DNA from: an uncultured Alphaproteobacteria bacterium
GTDB taxonomy: Bacteria > Pseudomonadota > Alphaproteobacteria > RF32 > CAG-239
Reading direction: 5' to 3'
Length of the DNA stretch: 44,568 nucleotides
Assembly (NCBI GenBank): GCA_944392185.1
Contig: CALXVW010000096.1
Coordinates: 1 to 44,568 of the forward strand
Part shown: one piece after another, positions 26,717 through 33,833 of the stretch
Layout: every line of letters begins with the position of its first letter
How positions within the stretch are numbered: position 1 is the stretch's first letter
Program-made: the position numbers and the translations under genes
Notes under the pieces: generated by a model
The model's input: the letters and a program-made list of their open reading frames with translations, nothing else
Told to the model about the DNA's origin: nothing
Database searches by the model: none

Positions 26717-27472
26717 ATGAAAGAAAATGCGCAGGAAAAAACTTCTAAAGTCGCTAATGTAAAAAAGAAAATCGTTAAAAAGCTTTTTTACAAAGATGAA
26801 CAACGGCGGTTGGCAAAATTGGTCAGTGGTTTTAGCTTTGATATGTTTATTATGAGCGTGATTTTGGCTGATGCCATCGTCTTAGGGTTGATGACCTCAG
26901 ATTCGATCAATCTCTATTTTCATAATATCTTGTTCTTGCTTGACCGCTTGTTTATGGCTATATTTATTGTCGAAATGTTCCTTAAAATTTATGCGCTTAA
27001 GAAAAAGTTTTTCGAATCCGGCTGGAATATTTTTGATTTGGTAATCGTGGCTGTTTCTTCCGTGCCGGCGGCAAGTGCATTTATTGTCCTCAGAACATTC
27101 AGATTGTTTAGGCTTTTTAAATATGTTAACCGTTTTTCTCGGTTGCATAACTTGGTGCAGGTCTTTATAGAATTGTTGCCGACATTTTTATCCTTTTTGG
27201 CGGTATCTGCTATTTTTTCTTATGCCTTTGCAATTATTGCCGTGAGCTTGTTTGGTGATGTGTTCGCTGCGTTTGCAAATGTGGGTTCTGCCATGTTTAC
27301 ACTCTTGCAAGCTCTGACTCTAGATGGCTGGGCTTCTACCATTGCACGGCCGGTTATGCTCGTGTTCCCGCATGCTTGGGTATATTTTGTTTCGCTTATC
27401 GTGCTGGGGTTCTTGATTGTGGTCAGCTTTGTGGTGAGCGCTATCAGGCAAATTATGGATATGAAAAATTAG
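26717..27472 (+). CDS. single-domain voltage-gated cation channel, BacNav/NaChBac family
   Basis: S4 with basic residues every third position (VLRTFRLFRLFKYVNRFSRL). Pore FTLLQALTLDGWAS aligns to the NaChBac FQVVTLESWAS. 251 aa, ending a few residues after S6. Confidence 0.85.
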   Translation: MKENAQEKTSKVANVKKKIVKKLFYKDEQRRLAKLVSGFSFDMFIMSVILADAIVLGLMTSDSINLYFHNILFLLDRLFMAIFIVEMFLKIYALKKKFFESGWNIFDLVIVAVSSVPAASAFIVLRTFRLFRLFKYVNRFSRLHNLVQVFIELLPTFLSFLAVSAIFSYAFAIIAVSLFGDVFAAFANVGSAMFTLLQALTLDGWASTIARPVMLVFPHAWVYFVSLIVLGFLIVVSFVVSAIRQIMDMKN

Positions 27473-27494
27473 CAAAAATATCAACATCTTGTAG

Positions 27495-27524
27495 GTGCCG
27501 AAAGTAATTTCGGCACTTTTTTTT
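27495..27524 (+). terminator. intrinsic terminator after the channel gene
   Basis: gtgccgaaa / tttcggcac 9-bp stem, loop gtaa, then T8. Confidence 0.9.
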
Positions 27525-27543
27525 ATAAAAGTTCTTTCATCCG

Positions 27544-27572
27544 CTTGACATCGCAAATTTCAATACCTAAGT
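27544..27572 (+). promoter_or_regulatory. candidate RpoH (sigma32)-type promoter of groES-groEL
   Basis: CTTG (27544-27547), N18, CCTAAGT (27566-27572). No CIRCE-like inverted repeat was seen. Confidence 0.4.
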
Positions 27573-27615
27573 AATCAGTAGAAATTTTGAATATAATCTA
27601 ACGGAGTAAGCAAAA

Positions 27616-27906
27616 ATGAAAATCAGACCATTGCAAGACCGTGTCTTGGTTAAACGTTTGGAAGAAAATACAAAAACCGCCGGCGGGATTATCATTCCTG
27701 ATACCGCTAAAGAAAAACCCAGCGAGGGTTTGGTTGAGGCTGTCGGACCGGGAATGGTTAGCCCGGAGGGAAAGCTAATACCAATGACAGTAAAAGTCGG
27801 TGACAAAGTTTTGTTTGGAAAATGGTCCGGCTCTGAAGTGAAGGTAAACGGTGAAGAGCGTTTGCTGATTAAGGAACCGGAAATTTTGGGTATTATTGAA
27901 GATTAA
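27616..27906 (+). CDS. groES: co-chaperonin GroES
   Basis: [17 protein letters not shown]...[13 protein letters not shown]... Confidence 0.98.
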   Translation: MKIRPLQDRVLVKRLEENTKTAGGIIIPDTAKEKPSEGLVEAVGPGMVSPEGKLIPMTVKVGDKVLFGKWSGSEVKVNGEERLLIKEPEILGIIED

Positions 27907-27919
27907 TTTATAAGGATAA

Positions 27920-29569
<1,650 letters not shown>

Positions 29570-29591
29570 GCCGTTAAATCCTGAAAGAGAA

Positions 29592-29620
29592 AAAGAGATT
29601 CTTCGGAATCTCTTTTTTTT
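29592..29620 (+). terminator. intrinsic terminator after groEL
   Basis: aaagagattc / gaatctcttt 10-bp stem, loop ttcg, then a T-run. Confidence 0.9.
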
Positions 29621-29678
29621 GTGCTTGGAAATTTCTATTTATGACCTATATTAGAATCAAACATTTTAGGAGAAAACC

Positions 29679-30140
29679 ATGCTTGATGCCGAAAAATTGC
29701 AAGAGATGTATGACCACGGAGAGCTGAGTGAGGAAGAATTTGTGGTGCAAAAAAAACGTTTGGCCGCAAAAATAACGCAGGAAAATAAAAAATTACCGCC
29801 CAAAAACGGAATTATATATATCCTTTTGGCTTTCTTTTTGGGTTCGCTCGGGCTCCATAATTTTTATGTCGGCTATTGGGGCAGAGCGCTTTCTCAACTG
29901 TGCTTGACGCTGATCGCACCGTGGTTTTTATATATTCCGGTATTTTTTGTTTCAATTTGGGTCTTGCTTGAATTATTATTTGTCGGCAAAGACGCAAACG
30001 GGGTGCCTTTTAGCGGTCGGCGCTCGGTGATTGTTGGTCTTAAAGCGGCAACGGTTGTGATTTTGGCATTGGCTTTTTCTTATAGCTCTCTGGTGATTGA
30101 CGAGCCTGATTTTGAAGAAATGGTCATAGATATGCAGTAA
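29679..30140 (+). CDS. TM2-domain membrane protein with SHOCT-like N-terminal helix
   Basis: GELSEEEFVVQKKRL followed by LAFFLGSLGLHNFYVGYWGRAL, the TM2 signature. Confidence 0.7.
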   Translation: MLDAEKLQEMYDHGELSEEEFVVQKKRLAAKITQENKKLPPKNGIIYILLAFFLGSLGLHNFYVGYWGRALSQLCLTLIAPWFLYIPVFFVSIWVLLELLFVGKDANGVPFSGRRSVIVGLKAATVVILALAFSYSSLVIDEPDFEEMVIDMQ

Positions 30141-30232
30141 TTCTTGAGAGGCAAAAGAAAAAAATGAAAAAACTAAAAAATAGCTCTTGCAATTTTTTTA
30201 AGATATGTTATTAAGTATTCCGTTCTATCGAT

Positions 30233-30307
30233 GCGGGCGTAGCTCAGGGGTAGAGCGCAACCTTGCCAAGGTTGATGTCGAGGGTCCGAATCCCTTCGCC
30301 CGCTCCA
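30233..30307 (+). tRNA. tRNA-Gly (anticodon GCC), CCA encoded
   Basis: Manual cloverleaf: acceptor gcgggcg/cgcccgc, D stem gctc/gagc, anticodon stem caacc/ggttg with loop ttGCCaa, T stem gaggg/ccctt. The T-loop reads tccgaat, so C sits at position 55. Confidence 0.85.
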
Positions 30308-30382
30308 TTCAAAAAAAGCCGTCTTTTGTGGCTGGTGTTTTTTTTGTGGGCGATGGTTCAGAGTGTTATTTAAAAATTTGTC

Positions 30383-30411
30383 TTTACTTATTTGATATTT
30401 GCAAATATAGT
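30383..30411 (+). promoter_or_regulatory. candidate sigma70 promoter of the non-coding unit
   Basis: TTTACT (30383-30388), 17-nt spacer, TATAGT (30406-30411). Confidence 0.35.
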
Positions 30412-30417
30412 CATTTT

Positions 30418-30609
30418 CGGACAGGGGGATGTCTTGTCTGAGGTGTGAGAACCTCTTTACACGCGTCTTGGTGTAGGACGAAAATTTGCGCGCCAGAAAG
30501 TCTTTTTATATGACTGGAAGGCGGCAAAATAAGCTGTTTCAGTCAATATGTCGCACTATTCGTGTAAATAGTTCTCAACTTCCAGTCGCTCTCATCCAGC
30601 GACTTTTTT
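30418..30609 (+). ncRNA. candidate ~190-nt structured RNA or attenuating 5' leader of the glycosyltransferase gene (unclassified)
   Basis: No plausible ORF. Long-range helix 30440-30463 / 30561-82 encloses hairpins 30464-30480 and 30485-30528, and the unit ends in an intrinsic terminator. Confidence 0.35.
30584..30609 (+). terminator. intrinsic terminator 26 nt upstream of the glycosyltransferase ATG
   Basis: agtcgct / agcgact 7-bp stem, loop ctcatcc, then T6. Confidence 0.75.
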
Positions 30610-30635
30610 GATTTTTAAACCAAAGGGAAGTTGCT

Positions 30636-31790
30636 ATGAATTTCGAGAATAAAAAGAAAATTGTTTTTTGTTTGCCCTGTTTTATTACCGGCGGGGTCGA
30701 GCGTGTTGCCGTCACCTATCTAAATGCACTGGCGGAACTCAAGAATTATGATGTCAGCTTGTTTATAAGCGGGTTTGTTGATGATGGTTTTTTGCTAAAC
30801 CAAATAAGCTCCAATGTTCGTAAAATATTTTTACGCCAGCAGGAAACAAAAAAACCTAAAACATCTTTGAAACGCAGGCTTTGGAAATTGCGGGCGCTGT
30901 TTTTTCGAATCTATGATATTTGGTTGTTTAGGAGAATCTTAAAATTTGCCGATATTATTGTCGATTTTAAAAATGGAGAAACACTGGAATCCTTTGTTCC
31001 TTATCCGCATCAGAAAATGGTGGTTTGGTTCCATGGGGCGGTTAAAAGCTGCCAGAAAAGATGTTCCAAAACGGCTCTTAAAAAATATGATTGTATTATT
31101 GCTTTGTCACAAGCCTTTAAAACGGAATGTGAGGCCAAATTTCCTTGGACAAAGGGTAAGATTTCCGTTTTGTATAATCCGTTCCAACTTGAAAAAATTA
31201 GGGCTTTGGCAGATGATGTTGCGACTTTGTCGGAAGATGATGACAATTTGTTGGCTCAAGACTATTTTGTGCATGTTTCAAGAGTGGCTCCCGATAAAGA
31301 TATTAAAACTCTTATTGATGCCTATATCTGTTTCGCACAGGATAAGACGGGAAAAATTCCGTTGCTTTATATCATCGGTGATGGTCCTGACAGAATTAAA
31401 CATCAAAAACGTGTTGAAGAATCGGGGTGGCAAAAACACATTAAATTTTTGGGAGAGAAAGAGAATCCGTTTGTGTGGATGAAACATGCCAAGGCCCTGC
31501 TTCTCTCTTCTAAAAATGAGGGGTTTGGTTGTGTGTTGGTGGAGGCTTTGGCTGTGGGAACAAGGGTCGTCTGCGCAAATTGCCCGGCTGCTCCGGCAGA
31601 AATTTTGGAACAGGGGAGAATCGGTTTGCTGTTTGAGCCGGGAAATTATAAAGATTTGGCTCTCAAACTGGATGATGTTTGGAACGGAAAAGCTGTTCTG
31701 CCATCAAAAGAAGAGGTTAACCAATCCTTATCGCGATTTGATGAAAAAACGGTGCTCCGGCAGTTTGTGAACTTGGTGGACAATCTTTAA
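30636..31790 (+). CDS. glycosyltransferase, GT4 (GT-B fold) family
   Basis: EGFGCVLVEALAVG carries the EX7E motif; ...HVSRVAPDKDIKTLI...GDGPD... is the typical GT4 C-domain. Confidence 0.85.
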   Translation: MNFENKKKIVFCLPCFITGGVERVAVTYLNALAELKNYDVSLFISGFVDDGFLLNQISSNVRKIFLRQQETKKPKTSLKRRLWKLRALFFRIYDIWLFRRILKFADIIVDFKNGETLESFVPYPHQKMVVWFHGAVKSCQKRCSKTALKKYDCIIALSQAFKTECEAKFPWTKGKISVLYNPFQLEKIRALADDVATLSEDDDNLLAQDYFVHVSRVAPDKDIKTLIDAYICFAQDKTGKIPLLYIIGDGPDRIKHQKRVEESGWQKHIKFLGEKENPFVWMKHAKALLLSSKNEGFGCVLVEALAVGTRVVCANCPAAPAEILEQGRIGLLFEPGNYKDLALKLDDVWNGKAVLPSKEEVNQSLSRFDEKTVLRQFVNLVDNL

Positions 31791-31887
31791 TTTTTGTGCC
31801 GCCAGTTATCATCGGTTTAATCTTTTTTAGTAAAACCGTTTTATAATCAGATTTATTGATTATATTTCTACTTGAAGGAAGGTTCAC

Positions 31888-32757
31888 ATGAAAAAAGTTT
31901 TAGCTTTTGATATCGGCGGCACTAAAATCGCTTATGCCATTATTGATGAAAAAGGAAATTTTACCAACGAAGTTATTAAGGTTACCACACCAAAAACATC
32001 TTTCGGTATTTATGAGCTTTTGAAAACCGTTATCAAAGGCTCTGAAGATGAAATCGACGGTGTTGCCATTGCAACCGCAGGCCCGGTTAATAATGAAAAC
32101 AATAAAATCATCGGACGGGTCGGAAATTTGCCTGAGGGCTATGATGAAACGGACTTTTTGTCTTTGACGGAAAAACCTATTTTGCTTGAAAACGATGCTA
32201 ACGCCGCCGCTTGGGCGGAGTTTAAAATCGGTGCGGCTAAAGGCACAAAAGATGCCGTTATCTTAACTTTGGGAACAGGCGTTGGGTCTGGTATTATTGT
32301 TAACGGCAAGTTGCTCAAGGGCAAATCTGGCTCGGCAGGTGAAATGCATGTACGTTTTGGCTTTGGGCATGAGCGTCAATGCGGGTGCGGACTTTGGGAT
32401 TGTTTGGAAACTTATGTTTCGGGTACGGCTCTGTCTACCGATGCCAAGATTTATCTTGCGCCAGATGCCACCAGCTATGATGTTATCCGCGGCCTAAAAG
32501 AGGGTAACCCAAAGGCTAGAGCGGCATTTGATCATTGGCAGGAATGTTTGGAAAATACTTTAGTGATGATGGCAAATATTTTTGACCCTGAAGTCATTGT
32601 CCTCTCCGGCTCAATGGCACAGTTTGTGGAGTATGAAAAACTTAACAAACAAGCCAATGAAGATATTTTGACACAACCGTTTGTTTTGAAACAAGCTCAT
32701 TTTGAAAATAATGCCGGAATGCTCGGTGCGGCTCTTTTACTCATCGAGAGATTGTAG
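31888..32757 (+). CDS. ROK-family sugar kinase (glucokinase / N-acetylhexosamine kinase type)
   Basis: LAFDIGGTKIAYAII (ATP-binding), ENDANAAAWAE, and the Zn motif CGCGLWDCLETYVSG. Confidence 0.85.
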   Translation: MKKVLAFDIGGTKIAYAIIDEKGNFTNEVIKVTTPKTSFGIYELLKTVIKGSEDEIDGVAIATAGPVNNENNKIIGRVGNLPEGYDETDFLSLTEKPILLENDANAAAWAEFKIGAAKGTKDAVILTLGTGVGSGIIVNGKLLKGKSGSAGEMHVRFGFGHERQCGCGLWDCLETYVSGTALSTDAKIYLAPDATSYDVIRGLKEGNPKARAAFDHWQECLENTLVMMANIFDPEVIVLSGSMAQFVEYEKLNKQANEDILTQPFVLKQAHFENNAGMLGAALLLIERL

Positions 32758-32777
32758 ACTTTTTAGAAATTTTTGTT

Positions 32778-32810
32778 ATAATGCCTCTCGAGTTTTTTGG
32801 GAGGCATTAT
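32778..32810 (+). promoter_or_regulatory. hairpin sequestering the SD and start codon of the ASCH gene
   Basis: ataatgcctc (32778-32787) pairs perfectly with gaggcattat (32801-32810), with 2 more pairs (t-g, c-g). The 3' arm contains GGGAGG and the AT of ATG 32809. No U-tract on either strand. Confidence 0.45.
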
Positions 32811-33183
32811 GAAATATTCTTTGGTCGTTCATGAGTTTTCTTTTAACAAAATCAAAAGCGGAAGCCGCAAGATCGGCGTGCATTTGTTTGATAAAAAAGC
32901 GCAACAAGTCAAGCTGCATGATATCTTGGAAATGCAAAACGCGGCAACGGGTGAAAAACTTGAATGTGAAGTTGTCGGCATCGCGATTTTTGATAATTTT
33001 GACGACTTGGTTGATGCCGTGACTCCGCAGGCCTTGGGATATCATGATAAGGAAGAAATCATGATCAGGTTAAACAGAATTTATCCTGTAGAACTTCAAA
33101 AAGAGCTTAATGCAGTCGGCTTTTTTATTAAGGTTCTGCCTGAGAAAGTTAATGTTAAGCAACGTTCTGAAAAAGAAAGGTAG
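32809..33183 (+). CDS. ASCH-domain protein
   Basis: FSFNKIKSGSRKIGVHLFDKKAQQVKLHDILEMQNAATGEKLECEVVGIAIFDNFDDL matches the small ASCH-domain protein pattern as I remember it. Confidence 0.65.
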   Translation: MKYSLVVHEFSFNKIKSGSRKIGVHLFDKKAQQVKLHDILEMQNAATGEKLECEVVGIAIFDNFDDLVDAVTPQALGYHDKEEIMIRLNRIYPVELQKELNAVGFFIKVLPEKVNVKQRSEKER

Positions 33184-33253
33184 TTTGCTGTAAAAAACTG
33201 CTTGCAAAATAAAGATAATATCTTTAATACTGTGGCCAGATGTGAAGTTTTTT

Positions 33254-33280
33254 ATGAGTGGCAGAGATGGCTGGAATCGC
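33254..33280 (+). pseudogene. partial copy of the tRNA-Ser 5' region (acceptor 5' strand through D-arm)
   Basis: atgagtggcagaga[t]ggctg[g]aatcgc versus tRNA nt 33419-33444 atgagtggcagagaggctgaatgcgc. 25 matched positions with 2 insertions and 1 deletion. Confidence 0.6.
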
Positions 33281-33416
33281 AGCTATGGCGGAGATCGGCG
33301 TCGGCTGCTCTGAAAGAGCGCCAAGCCAATTAAGCGCGAGAGGGCGTTAGCCCGGAGGAGCGCGCAACGGTTTGAGACTTGAAACAAAAAATTATTTTGA
33401 AATCTGGAAATATACT

Positions 33417-33508
33417 GGATGAGTGGCAGAGAGGCTGAATGCGCGCGACTCGAAATCGTGTATACGGGGAGACTCGTATCGGGGGTTCAAATCCCTCCTC
33501 ATCCGCCA
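33417..33508 (+). tRNA. tRNA-Ser (anticodon CGA), class II with long variable arm, CCA encoded
   Basis: Acceptor ggatgag/ctcatcc, anticodon stem cgcga/tcgtg with loop ctCGAaa, long variable arm, T stem ggggg/ccctc with loop ttcaaat, discriminator G. Confidence 0.9.
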
Positions 33509-33517
33509 ATTATAACT

Positions 33518-33538
33518 AGCCCCGTTTGGGGCTTTTTT
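33518..33538 (+). terminator. intrinsic terminator after tRNA-Ser
   Basis: agcccc / ggggct stem, loop gttt, then T6. Confidence 0.75.
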
Positions 33539-33700
33539 CGTGGGCGGGTGAATCCGTTCAAACTTCGCCTGAAGTCTCGTTTTCACGGGGAGGGATCCGA
33601 ACTTTTATAGTTTCGCTGCGGTTGCTGCCGCTTTCCTCGCTTAACAATAAAAGTTAGGGATACGCGCCAAAAACCTGACGTTGGTCAGCTTTTTGTCTCT

Positions 33701-33720
33701 ATCCCCTCCTCATCCGCCAA
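33701..33720 (+). repeat. direct repeat of the tRNA-Ser 3' end (att-like)
   Basis: atcccctcctcatccgccaa versus tRNA 33491-33509 atccctcctcatccgccaa (one extra C). Similarity continues a few nt further (aattataac versus aaatacaac). Confidence 0.75.
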
Positions 33721-33758
33721 ATACAACAAAACCCGCATTTGTGCGGGTTTTGTTGTAT
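33721..33758. terminator. 17-bp perfect hairpin (likely terminator for the CPA2 gene and/or the repeated tRNA 3' fragment)
   Basis: atacaacaaaacccgca / tgcgggttttgttgtat, loop tttg. Confidence 0.6.
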
Positions 33759-33833
33759 TTGTTGAGAATGGGCGGATTTTAACCTCCGAGGGAGGGGTTC
33801 ACTACAAGGGGCAGGCAGATGAAATCTTAACTT

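Noticed and set aside
27520-27615. CIRCE/HrcA operator upstream of groES.
   Set aside because: No inverted repeat resembling TTAGCACTC-N9-GAGTGCTAA is present. Only the RpoH-like CTTG-N18-CCTAAGT element was found.
30205-30441. A 78-aa ORF covering tRNA-Gly. ORFs 33392-33586 (-) and 33419-33610 (+) cover tRNA-Ser.
   Set aside because: They run straight through well-folding tRNA genes, so they are artefacts of ORF calling.
30418-30609. Possibility that the structured non-coding unit is a known housekeeping RNA (4.5S/SRP, 6S, tmRNA piece, RNase P).
   Set aside because: I looked for the SRP helix-8 motif (GGAA tetraloop flanked by AGCAGC-type loops), a tRNA-like T-arm (GGTTCGA), the RNase P GGAAAGTCCGG motif, and a 6S-like end-to-end duplex with a central bubble. 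None fits convincingly (ctGGAAggcggca is only a weak SRP look-alike). I left it unclassified rather than naming a family.
33540-33610. T-arm-like strings downstream of tRNA-Ser: ccgttcaaac resembling the Ser T-loop, and gagggatccgaac resembling the tRNA-Gly T-arm gagggtccgaatc. These could be tRNA gene debris.
   Set aside because: The matches are only about 10-12 nt with indels, and I cannot show by eye that they exceed chance in 44 kb. I note them as context for the tRNA-Ser finding but do not call them features.
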